From positions 1 through 41,530 of the forward strand of contig JABFSP010000255.1 of assembly GCA_013140565.1 (NCBI GenBank): 41,530 bases of DNA. Reading direction: 5' to 3'. The position numbers and the translations under genes were made by a program. The number at the start of each line of letters is the position of its first letter. Within the stretch, counting starts at the first letter, position 1. The DNA is from Ignavibacteria bacterium. Lineage in GTDB: Bacteria > Bacteroidota > Ignavibacteria > Tepidaquicellales > OLB5. Below the pieces are notes generated by a model, which saw only the letters and a list, made by a program, of their open reading frames with translations, was not told where the DNA came from and searched no databases. Below, one piece after another: positions 25,776 to 34,362 of the stretch.

Positions 25776-26664
25776 ATGTGATAATATTTTTATTTTTGTA
25801 TACCAGCATTCCTATTATTATTGTAATTACGCACATTATCAAACCGCCCGCAATATCCACAACATAGTGGTACCTTAAATACACCGTTGCTGCAACCATA
25901 CAAATAAAATACGGCAGGTAGAAGTAAAACGACTTCGATTTGAATTTCCATGAAAGGTACATTATCAGAAAAGCAGTGATGGTATGCAGACTTGGCATTG
26001 CATCCCGTTGAACGAAATCCTGCGGATTTTTCACACCTGGCGGGATTGATTCGCCGAAATTCAGAAATGTCCTTATGTATTCAGTTAAAAAAACTCCGGG
26101 CAATTCTGTGTTGATTGCGTAAAAATCATGCAGATGGAAACGGGGACCGTTTGCAGGGAAAAGCAGGTAAAACACATAACTTGCAAAAAAACTGAAGAAC
26201 AAAATAAAAATTGTATATTTAAATTCCTTATACCTGTTCCATAAATACAGCTCCAAACCGAAGACGAGGATCATAGGGTAATAATATACATAAACTATCT
26301 GCAGGAATTCCGTTAGGAAAGGATTTTCAAACCTGTATGCCCACTGCGTTGGATTCACACCGAATAATCCGAAATCCAGCCGCATAAAAACAGGATCCCA
26401 ATCCATAGGTTTAAGCGCATACCCAATGATATACACCTGCTTAAAAATAAACAGAATCGCCGCTACTCCATACCAGTACCTTAATAGTTTTAATGGTGAG
26501 GAATTACTTAACCTGTTCTCGCCATACTTCGCGGCAAGTATTTCGTATTTGTTCACAAGCCGGTAAATTACCCATATCAAAAACAGGTTAACCAGTGCCA
26601 GTACAAACCAGTATCCAATTTTAAAATTAAAATAGAAGTAGATAAGGCTAAGCAGCAACAGCAT
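25762..26664 (-). CDS. PAP2-superfamily membrane protein, sphingomyelin/IPC-synthase-like phosphotransferase
   Basis: Polytopic protein with motifs PSLHT and YLRYHYVVDIAGG, which resemble the SGHT and HYTxDV motifs of the PAP2_C / SMS-like family. Its 3' end overlaps the convergent gene by 14 nt. Confidence 0.55.
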   Translation of the reverse strand: MLLLLSLIYFYFNFKIGYWFVLALVNLFLIWVIYRLVNKYEILAAKYGENRLSNSSPLKLLRYWYGVAAILFIFKQVYIIGYALKPMDWDPVFMRLDFGLFGVNPTQWAYRFENPFLTEFLQIVYVYYYPMILVFGLELYLWNRYKEFKYTIFILFFSFFASYVFYLLFPANGPRFHLHDFYAINTELPGVFLTEYIRTFLNFGESIPPGVKNPQDFVQRDAMPSLHTITAFLIMYLSWKFKSKSFYFYLPYFICMVAATVYLRYHYVVDIAGGLIMCVITIIIGMLVYKNKNIITSKNT

Positions 26665-26730
26665 TGACTGCGTTACAATATCAGCTGGTGAAAGATATTT
26701 AAAGAATTTTTTAATAGTCTTCCGGTTATT

Positions 26731-28116
26731 TTATAGTAACCACTTTAGTGAAAGTGTTGCAAGAGTTAAAAAAACTGTAATGCCAACAACATCCTGGAAT
26801 GCTGTTTCAAATGGTCCGACGGTTATGGCAGGATCAAATCCCAGCTTTTTGGATAGCAGGGGAGTGGTAGTGCCAACAAATGCAGAAATGTTAATTGAGA
26901 TCATCATTGAGACTCCTACAACAAGTCCGAATATAGCTTTGCCGAACCAGAAGGCGCCTATGAGTCCGATTATCAATCCGCAAATTGAGCCTATAATCAA
27001 ACTTATCTGTAATGAACGTTTTACGGGTTCAGCCCACCTGCTTAATGTAATGCCGCCTGTTGCAAGCGCGCGTACTGTCATAGCCGATGCCTGCAGACCG
27101 GTATTGCCTGAAATAGCTGATATTATAGGCATAAACGATGTTAGCAGCAGGACTTTTGCCAAAGTCTCATCATAATAGTTAATTACAATTCCAGCAAGGA
27201 ACTGAATGCCAAGGGTTATTAAAACCCATGGCAGGCGAAGCCATGCTATCTGGAATGGGGATTTACTTTCAAGTTCTTCTGCATCAGAACCGACAATTTT
27301 TGCCACATCCTCAGAAAATTCTTCTTCCATAATTTCGGCAATATCATCAAATGAAATTTTGCCGACTATATGTTCTTCTTTATCCACTACGGGTAAAGAA
27401 ACCAGGTCATATTTCCTCATTATCGATGCAACTTCTTCACGGTCAGTATCAACATCAACAGAAATTACCTCTGTTGACATTATATCAGCCATTATGACTG
27501 AAGGTGTATTTAAAGCGACAATTATTTTTTTAAGCGATACAATGCCGCGCAGCTTTCCTTTTTCATCAGTAACCCAAACATGGTACAGGTGTTCATTATC
27601 AGGGGCTTCTTCTCGGATAATTTCAACTGCCCGGTTTATGGAATCGGTAAGATTAACCGTGACAAATTCCTTCTGCATGATACCGCCGGCGGTATCTTCC
27701 TCATAACTCAGCAGTTCTTTTACTTCGCTTGAGTCTTCGGCTTCCATCTGCTGAAGCACATCTTCGGCTTTATCGTCTTCAAGGTCACCTATAATATCCG
27801 TCGCGTCATCGGAATCCATTTCGCCAACGATCTCACTTATTTCGCCGGTTGAAAGGTGGTCAAGTATCTCATCCCGCCTGTAGTCGCCGAGCTCCATTAT
27901 CACTTCAGCCTGCGTTTCATCCTCAAGCAGTTTAAAGAGAGAAAGTGCTTCCTCGGATTCCAGGTTATCTATAATTAGTGCAATATCTGCCGGGTAAATA
28001 TCAGCTAAGATATTTTTGAGAAGTGTATCCGAGCCGCTTGCGATAAGATCTGATATATCGCTTAGAAGCTGTTCATCTACTTCTATTACCGCTCTTTGTT
28101 GTTTTTTATCAGGCAT
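26731..28116 (-). CDS. mgtE: Magnesium transporter MgtE
   Basis: It has an acidic MgtE N-domain, a CBS pair (MQKEFVTVNLTDS.., IMSTEVISVDVD..) and a C-terminal 5-TM domain (GNTGLQASAMTVRALA, PFETAFQDVVGI). Confidence 0.9.
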   Translation of the reverse strand: MPDKKQQRAVIEVDEQLLSDISDLIASGSDTLLKNILADIYPADIALIIDNLESEEALSLFKLLEDETQAEVIMELGDYRRDEILDHLSTGEISEIVGEMDSDDATDIIGDLEDDKAEDVLQQMEAEDSSEVKELLSYEEDTAGGIMQKEFVTVNLTDSINRAVEIIREEAPDNEHLYHVWVTDEKGKLRGIVSLKKIIVALNTPSVIMADIMSTEVISVDVDTDREEVASIMRKYDLVSLPVVDKEEHIVGKISFDDIAEIMEEEFSEDVAKIVGSDAEELESKSPFQIAWLRLPWVLITLGIQFLAGIVINYYDETLAKVLLLTSFMPIISAISGNTGLQASAMTVRALATGGITLSRWAEPVKRSLQISLIIGSICGLIIGLIGAFWFGKAIFGLVVGVSMMISINISAFVGTTTPLLSKKLGFDPAITVGPFETAFQDVVGITVFLTLATLSLKWLL

Positions 28117-28133
28117 TAATTGTTTTTAAAATG

Positions 28134-29156
28134 CTAATAGTGGAATCTTGCATATGCTTTTTCCAGCAGAGGGTTTTCATTGCTCAGTGCGGCTTTGCTG
28201 CCGTTTGCTTTGTACTTCAAATACGCGTTATAGCCTATCATCGCGGCATTATCTGTGGAATATATCTTTTCGGGGAAGTAAATGCTATAGCCTTCATTTT
28301 CATACTTTAAGAACCCGTTTCTGAGTCCTGAGTTTGCCGAAACACCGCCCGAGACCGCAATTGATTTGATGCTGTGATCCTTCGCAGCCTTAATTGTTTT
28401 ATCTATCAGTGAGCCTGTTACCGCCGCCTGGAATGAAGCTGCAATATCGTTCAAGGGCAGATTTGTTTTATCAGTTGCGTAATTGTTCTTTAGGAAATAA
28501 AGCACTGATGTTTTTATTCCGCTGAAGGAAAAATCGTACGGACTGCCTTTAATGATTGATTTAGGAAATTTATGAAAGTGAGGGTTACCTGTTGCGGCAA
28601 GTTTATCTATCAACGGACCACCGGGGTAATCAAGTCCCAGCATTTTCGCAACTTTATCAAACGCTTCGCCGGCGGCATCATCGTGTGTATTGCCAAGTAT
28701 CTTATATGATAAATAACTTTCAACATGAAACAATATTGTATGCCCGCCTGAAACTACAAGCGCGATGAAAGGAAATTCAACTTCTTCTTTGCCTATGAAG
28801 CATGAAAACAGGTGAGATTCAATATGGTCAATTCCCATAAAAGGTATCCCCCGTGAAAGGGCGAAGCCCTTTGCGTAGTTGTATCCAACAAGCAGTGAAC
28901 CGATCAGACCGGGTCCCTGTGATGCGGCAATAAGAGATACTTCATCTATTTTTATTCCTGCCTCATTTACCGCGCGGTTTACAATTTCATCAATTACCTG
29001 TACATGGGCGCGTGAGGCAAGCTCAGGTACTATACCGCCATACTCTTTGTGGAAACACTGCGAAGAAATAATGTTTGAAATGACTTTGCCATCTTGCAGA
29101 ACTGCCGCAGAGGTTTCATCGCATGATGATTCAATGGCAAATGTTGTGATTGACAT
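28134..29156 (-). CDS. tsaD: tRNA N6-adenosine threonylcarbamoyltransferase TsaD
   Basis: AIESSCDETSAAV, GGIVPELASRAH, GIDHIESHL, LVVSGGHT and AVSGGVSANS are Kae1/TsaD family blocks. Confidence 0.9.
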   Translation of the reverse strand: MSITTFAIESSCDETSAAVLQDGKVISNIISSQCFHKEYGGIVPELASRAHVQVIDEIVNRAVNEAGIKIDEVSLIAASQGPGLIGSLLVGYNYAKGFALSRGIPFMGIDHIESHLFSCFIGKEEVEFPFIALVVSGGHTILFHVESYLSYKILGNTHDDAAGEAFDKVAKMLGLDYPGGPLIDKLAATGNPHFHKFPKSIIKGSPYDFSFSGIKTSVLYFLKNNYATDKTNLPLNDIAASFQAAVTGSLIDKTIKAAKDHSIKSIAVSGGVSANSGLRNGFLKYENEGYSIYFPEKIYSTDNAAMIGYNAYLKYKANGSKAALSNENPLLEKAYARFHY

Positions 29157-29433
29157 CTACAAAAATATCATTTTTATTGAATTTTAGCAATTCTGGAGAA
29201 AAACACACTATAATAATTAACCTGTTTTCGGCATATATACCGTTTTAATGGTATTGAGAACACTAACGATAAACCCTAATTTAGTATCCCCAAATGAAAA
29301 ACCGTTTGTTTTTAGGAAAAAAATGCTTATTATTGTAATTGGGGGTATGCGCAAATATTATTAAGTCACTAATGGCTTTGCAATAAAGTATAACTTTAAA
29401 GAAAAGGTTAATTTACAAACATTTAAGAATATT

Positions 29434-30747
29434 ATGCTAAAGAAACTACTCCCGATTCTTCTGCTGGCAATTATTGCCACCTCTGTAAGCTACGCTCAAA
29501 ATCTCGCAGATTCCGGGTATTATTATCAAAAATTAGGATTCAAAGATAAGGCAGCAGGTTTTTTTGAGGAATATATTATTTCAGATCCCTCAAATTACCA
29601 GGTTCGGCTTGATCTTGGCTTTTTGTATATGGATACAAAACAGACCACTAAAGCAAGGGAGCAGTTTGATTACGTCAGCAAAAACTCCACAAGCGAAACC
29701 GAGCTTCAGATGTCCAAACAAATGGTATTAAATATTGACGCGGCAAACGGCAATAATAATACCAACAACCAGGTTGTTTACAGTTCATCCCAATCATACC
29801 CAGACTCAGGTCACTATTACTATAACAACGGAAATAAAACCAAAGCGGCGCAGTTCTTTGAGCTTCATCTAAAGGAAAAACCGCGTGATACCAAAACACG
29901 TATGCAGCTTGCCTACATTTATTATGATAAGAAAAATTACAAGAATTCGCTCAAGCATTTTGATTACGTAGGCAGCCATACAACCGATTCACAGGAAAAG
30001 GAACAGTCAAAATCAGCTTCGCTGGTTTTAAGAGATGAGCTTGCAGGAACTTCGAAACGATCAATAGATCTTTACTTCCATAATTTCTACGATTCATTCC
30101 AGGAAAATTACATCGCAAATCTTGTAGGGCATGTTAACTTCAGGCTTGGACCCGGATTCTACGCGGGACCGTATCTTGATGTATATACTGACTCACGCTC
30201 AACAAAAGCGCTTGTTTACAACGACCGCTTTGTGGAAATAGGTCTGTTCTTCAGATACTTTATCATGAAGAACCTGTTCTTTGAAGCAAGGCTTGGATAT
30301 ACAAGACAGATAGATCTTGATTCAAATAAAATTAATATTAAACCAATGCTGGTTTATTTTAACCGCTTTGGCGACGCAAAAGTGTACGTAGGCAGCAAGT
30401 CATCATCCAAAACAAGTATGTACTTAGATATATATTATGCGGCGATGTATGATTATAAGTATAAAAACGCATTCCTTCAGGGGATGCTGCAGCAGGTGCT
30501 TCGTTTCCATACCGGCGGTTATTCATACGTTGAAAATTACCTGTTCCAGGCGGGACAGTTTGACGGCAGAAAACTTGATTACAACAATTATTTTGAAGTA
30601 GGCACGGGAATAAGATTTAAGCCTAACATCATGGTCTTCCCGGTGCTGTTTGTTGAGCCGACCTATAAAATGTACTTCTTTGGCGATAAGAAGAATTCAT
30701 TCCAGATAAAAGCAGGGTTCGTGTTCAATTACAGGGCTGCGCTTTAA
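29434..30747 (+). CDS. Outer-membrane protein with N-terminal TPR-like repeats and C-terminal beta-barrel (NfrA/PgaA-type EPS export candidate)
   Basis: It has a signal peptide (ATSVSYAQ) and two homologous helical repeats of about 77 aa (DSGYYYQKLGFKDKAAGFFEEY... and DSGHYYYNNGNKTKAAQFFELH...). A beta-strand-rich C-terminal half follows. It lies directly upstream of the NfrB-like synthase. Confidence 0.5.
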   Translation: MLKKLLPILLLAIIATSVSYAQNLADSGYYYQKLGFKDKAAGFFEEYIISDPSNYQVRLDLGFLYMDTKQTTKAREQFDYVSKNSTSETELQMSKQMVLNIDAANGNNNTNNQVVYSSSQSYPDSGHYYYNNGNKTKAAQFFELHLKEKPRDTKTRMQLAYIYYDKKNYKNSLKHFDYVGSHTTDSQEKEQSKSASLVLRDELAGTSKRSIDLYFHNFYDSFQENYIANLVGHVNFRLGPGFYAGPYLDVYTDSRSTKALVYNDRFVEIGLFFRYFIMKNLFFEARLGYTRQIDLDSNKINIKPMLVYFNRFGDAKVYVGSKSSSKTSMYLDIYYAAMYDYKYKNAFLQGMLQQVLRFHTGGYSYVENYLFQAGQFDGRKLDYNNYFEVGTGIRFKPNIMVFPVLFVEPTYKMYFFGDKKNSFQIKAGFVFNYRAAL

Positions 30748-30810
30748 GTAAATGTAATGGAAATGTTTTATTTTAACAAAACGATATTAGAGCAAATTAA
30801 ATAAAATTAT

Positions 30811-32145
30811 ATGCAAGAAGTTTTCACAGTATTACTCTGGATCTGTTCGATACTGCTTATTATCAGCGGTATTGATGATGTAATGGTTGACCTGCTGTAC
30901 TGGTTTAACCGCTGGAAATATAACAGGAGCCTGCCGAATGTTGACGAAGTACTGGCAGCCAGTGAGAACAATATTGCTCTTGTTATCTGCGCGTGGCGCG
31001 AATATAAAGTTATAGGCAGAACACTGACCTATGCGCTCAGCAAAATGAGATACTCAAACTTCACTATCTTTGTGGGTATTTACCCCAATGATACCAAGAC
31101 GCTTGAAGTTGTTAAACGTATTGCGCAAAAGAACAATAAAGTTGTAATATGCGTGAACTCACACGACGGACCTACAACAAAGGCTGATAACCTTAACAAC
31201 GTTTATGAATCAATAAAAAGGTTTGAAAAAGATAACGGGAAGAACTTTGATATCATTTCTATCCACGATAGCGAAGATTTTATACACCCGTTAACATTAA
31301 AAATTGATAACTTCCTGATAATGCACCAGGGTGTTGATGCCGTGCAGATACCTGTTGTGCCAATTAAAGATGACAGGGGTAAGTTCATTCACCGAACGTA
31401 CTGCGACGCATTCGCCGAAGTGCATTCAAAAGATCTGGTTGTAAGGCAGGCGTTAAAAGTATTCATTCCGTTTGCGGGAACGGGAATGTCATTCCGCAGG
31501 GAAATTTTTATGAATCTTGACGCGCATTACCCGCAGGTATTTAACGAAGCTAACTTGACAGAAGATTACGAGCTTGGATTAAGACTCTTTAAAATGGGTT
31601 ATAAAACAGCTTATATAAATCTTCTTATAGATAAAAATAATCCAAACAGCCGTGTTGCTACGGGTGAATATTTCCCCAACACATTCTGGGCTGCCGTTAA
31701 ACAGCGCTCCAGATGGACAGCGGGAATATGTTTCCAGAACTGGAAGATGCATAAATGGGGCGGTAACTTAAAAACAAAGTACTTCCTTATGCGTGACAGG
31801 AAAACCATATTCAGTAACTTTATGGTACTGTTAAGCAATCTTGTATTCGCGCTGTTTTTACTTTATTTGCTTGGTTTCGGTTTGGGCATCAGGGTTTTTG
31901 AATCAGCGGTAGAGCAGAACACTGCATTATGGTTCTTTCTGTGGGCGTGTTTCTTCTTCATGGTATGGCGCCTTGCGCACCGGTTTATATTCACTTACAG
32001 CTGGTATGGCCTGAAGTACGCGTTCTTCAGCTTAATAAGGCTGAACTTTGATAACCTGATAAACTTCTTCGCAACATTCAGGGCGTTAAAAGTATTTATG
32101 AACATGAAGAACAAAGTTGTTTGGGAATCAACCGATCATTATTGA
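30811..32145 (+). CDS. Family-2 glycosyltransferase, NfrB-like exopolysaccharide synthase (no C-terminal c-di-GMP receptor domain)
   Basis: ISGIDDVMVDLLYW, FVGIYPND, GPTTKADNLNNV, IHDSEDFIHP, LTEDYELGLRL, EYFPNTFWAAVKQRSRWTAGICFQNWKMHKW, YFLMRDRK and NLINFFATFRALK parallel E. coli NfrB blocks as I recall them. The protein ends about 25 aa after the last block. Confidence 0.75.
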   Translation: MQEVFTVLLWICSILLIISGIDDVMVDLLYWFNRWKYNRSLPNVDEVLAASENNIALVICAWREYKVIGRTLTYALSKMRYSNFTIFVGIYPNDTKTLEVVKRIAQKNNKVVICVNSHDGPTTKADNLNNVYESIKRFEKDNGKNFDIISIHDSEDFIHPLTLKIDNFLIMHQGVDAVQIPVVPIKDDRGKFIHRTYCDAFAEVHSKDLVVRQALKVFIPFAGTGMSFRREIFMNLDAHYPQVFNEANLTEDYELGLRLFKMGYKTAYINLLIDKNNPNSRVATGEYFPNTFWAAVKQRSRWTAGICFQNWKMHKWGGNLKTKYFLMRDRKTIFSNFMVLLSNLVFALFLLYLLGFGLGIRVFESAVEQNTALWFFLWACFFFMVWRLAHRFIFTYSWYGLKYAFFSLIRLNFDNLINFFATFRALKVFMNMKNKVVWESTDHY

Positions 32146-32206
32146 GCAAAAGCATCACGCTCCACAAAGAAGTTTTTAATACATAAGTTTTTTGTACCAT
32201 GGTATC

Positions 32207-32242
32207 CGGGGGCGGTCTGAAAATAGGTCGCCTCTTTTTTTT
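32207..32242 (+). terminator. Rho-independent terminator after the NfrB-like gene
   Basis: cgggggcggtc-tgaaaata-ggtcgcctc hairpin with some G-U pairs, followed by tttttttt. Confidence 0.55.
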
Positions 32243-32337
32243 CAAAAATACTCACAATATTCTCACGGCAAAACGGTATTAATCTTCGTTTTATCTTAAT
32301 TTATGGTTAGTTATCTTTGTTATCTGAAAAGAAATAT

Positions 32338-33516
32338 ATGGCAGAAAATATAAATATTGGTTTAAATCCCGAAGAAATGAAGGGGAAAAAGGTCATTGTT
32401 ATCATATTTGGTACCAGACCAGAAATTCTGAAGCTGTTTGTTCTATACAGAATACTTAAGAAATCCGATGAATTTTACCCTTTGCTCTATAATACTGCGC
32501 AGCAGAAAATATCCGGTGATATTTTAACCAAGATAGGCATTCACCCTGATATTACAGCCGCGGAAAAACCAAACCGCTCCAGTGATTTAAATGAGCTTAT
32601 TGCGCACCTGCTTACTGATTTTAATGAAAAGTTCGGTGAGAAGTCGTCGGTTAAAAAATCAGACCTGCACGGTATCATAGTTCAGGGCGATACTGCTTCC
32701 GCCTTCTCAGGCGCGCTGTGGGGCTTTCTGAACCAGATACCTGTCTTCCACGCAGAAGCCGGGCTTCGTACATATGATAAGCTGAACCCGTTCCCTGAAG
32801 AATTCATGCGCGAAGCGGTTGCGAGAATGACCACGCTGCATTTTGCACCCAAAGGCATTAACCGCGATAACCTGATAAGAGAAGGCATAAAGCCCGAAAA
32901 TGTTTTTGTTATTGGTAACACTATCAATGACGCGATATTCACACTTATTAAAGAAAAGAAGATCAAAGAACCAAAGGAAAAGAATTATATTCTCAGCACA
33001 TTTCACAGGCGGGAGAACTGGGGATTTGTTTCAGATTACGCGAGAATACTTAATACCGTAATGAATGATATTTCAGGTTACAGTGAAATTCTCCACTTAA
33101 TGCATCCCAACCCGCTGATACAGCGCAGCTTTGATGAGGTTATGAACGGCAATGGTCACCCCAAGCTTAAAATAATGAACCCGATACACGATTATTTTGA
33201 GATGCTTGGTTACGTTAAAAATGCAGGCTGTATCTTAACTGATTCCGGCGGCCTGCAGGAGGAGTCACTTTTTTTTAATGTACCATGCGGTGTGCTTAGG
33301 AAAACCACCGAACGCCCGGAGGTGTTGAAGAAAAACGCGAAACTGCTTCCTATTGATAAACCCGAAATTACCAGCTTCCTGACGGAAGCAATTGATTACC
33401 GCAAGGTACACCAGTCAAAGTATAATTATACATACGGCTTTGGTGACTCAAGCTACCTGATATATGAATTATTAAAGAAGTTTTACGGAATACAGACTGA
33501 GTATTCAATTATGTAA
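32338..33516 (+). CDS. wecB: UDP-N-acetylglucosamine 2-epimerase (non-hydrolysing), WecB family
   Basis: VIIFGTRPEILKL, VQGDTASAFSGAL, PVFHAEAGLRTYD, PFPEEFMREAVARMTTLHFAP, TFHRREN, ILTDSGGLQEE and RKTTERPE. ATG 32338 is preferred over the upstream alternative start at 32317. Confidence 0.9.
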   Translation: MAENINIGLNPEEMKGKKVIVIIFGTRPEILKLFVLYRILKKSDEFYPLLYNTAQQKISGDILTKIGIHPDITAAEKPNRSSDLNELIAHLLTDFNEKFGEKSSVKKSDLHGIIVQGDTASAFSGALWGFLNQIPVFHAEAGLRTYDKLNPFPEEFMREAVARMTTLHFAPKGINRDNLIREGIKPENVFVIGNTINDAIFTLIKEKKIKEPKEKNYILSTFHRRENWGFVSDYARILNTVMNDISGYSEILHLMHPNPLIQRSFDEVMNGNGHPKLKIMNPIHDYFEMLGYVKNAGCILTDSGGLQEESLFFNVPCGVLRKTTERPEVLKKNAKLLPIDKPEITSFLTEAIDYRKVHQSKYNYTYGFGDSSYLIYELLKKFYGIQTEYSIM

Positions 33517-33535
33517 TGCAAATTTTTTTTGCTGT

Positions 33536-33568
33536 AAAAAAGCCGGATCTTATGATCCGGCTTTTTTT
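33536..33568 (+). terminator. Rho-independent terminator after wecB
   Basis: aaaaaagccggatc-ttat-gatccggctttttt perfect hairpin with a T-run. Confidence 0.8.
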
Positions 33569-33671
33569 ATGTCTATAAGGCACATTTTGGGATTATAATT
33601 AACACTTGATTTATCGGGTAAAATTTCTCATTTTAAGGAAATAATTCACCATACATTAACAGTTTAATAAG

Positions 33672-34310
33672 ATGATAAAACATGTTATTAAAATACTGTT
33701 GGCTGTTTATTGTTTGCATAACTTAGTAATAAGCCAGGACCGGCTTCAGGAATCCACTGAAATTGGTACGGTGAATACTAACAACACATCAAAATACCTT
33801 TTACGCGAAGATTCAAAAAGCAAAGAATTTAATCCCGAAAACTCCGAAAAGATACGAAGCGTTGAGCTTTACAGGTATACAGTTGACCTGTTACAGAAAA
33901 GCAAAACAATTAAAGAAGAAAACACATTCAACATCGTTTCATCATTCAGGCAGAATATCAGGTTCGGCGGATTCTGGGACCGCTACGCGATTGTTAATTT
34001 TACCCCTAATATGTACATTAAACCATTTGATTTTTTAAGCATTTACGCAGTGCATAACTCAAGTTACTTTATTCCGATAAAGGCAGTGAAAGAGCATTTT
34101 AAGCTGATGGCAGTTCAGAGTGCAGCGATACTTGCAATTGATAACACCATTAAACACCTGTTGCCGGCAAGCAAAATGATAAAAGCCATTGCAGGCTTCG
34201 TGCTTAAAAATGTATTGATAAATTCGTTACTCGGCAAAATAATCAGTAAAGGCAGCGATAAGATAATTGAACAGGGAAGTTATTATTGTTCAATGAGCAT
34301 AAGGTTTTAA
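33672..34310 (+). CDS. Secreted hypothetical protein
   Basis: It has a signal-like N-terminus (IKILLAVYCLHNLVISQ), no recognisable motifs and a C-terminal aromatic residue (SIRF). Confidence 0.4.
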   Translation: MIKHVIKILLAVYCLHNLVISQDRLQESTEIGTVNTNNTSKYLLREDSKSKEFNPENSEKIRSVELYRYTVDLLQKSKTIKEENTFNIVSSFRQNIRFGGFWDRYAIVNFTPNMYIKPFDFLSIYAVHNSSYFIPIKAVKEHFKLMAVQSAAILAIDNTIKHLLPASKMIKAIAGFVLKNVLINSLLGKIISKGSDKIIEQGSYYCSMSIRF

Positions 34311-34327
34311 AGTATATTGCAATTCAT

Positions 34328-34351
34328 CTGCCGGGTCGTAAGACCCGACAG
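34328..34351. terminator. Hairpin between convergent genes (possible shared terminator, no U-tract)
   Basis: ctgccgggtc-gtaa-gacccgacag, a 10-bp stem with one mismatch and a GNRA-like loop. Confidence 0.35.
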
Positions 34352-34362
34352 CACAAGTAAGA

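Noticed and set aside
26780-27706. Two plus-strand ORFs (131 and 166 aa) opposite mgtE
   Set aside because: They are antisense to a clear MgtE gene. Their translations are Ser-rich and low-complexity, typical of shadow frames.
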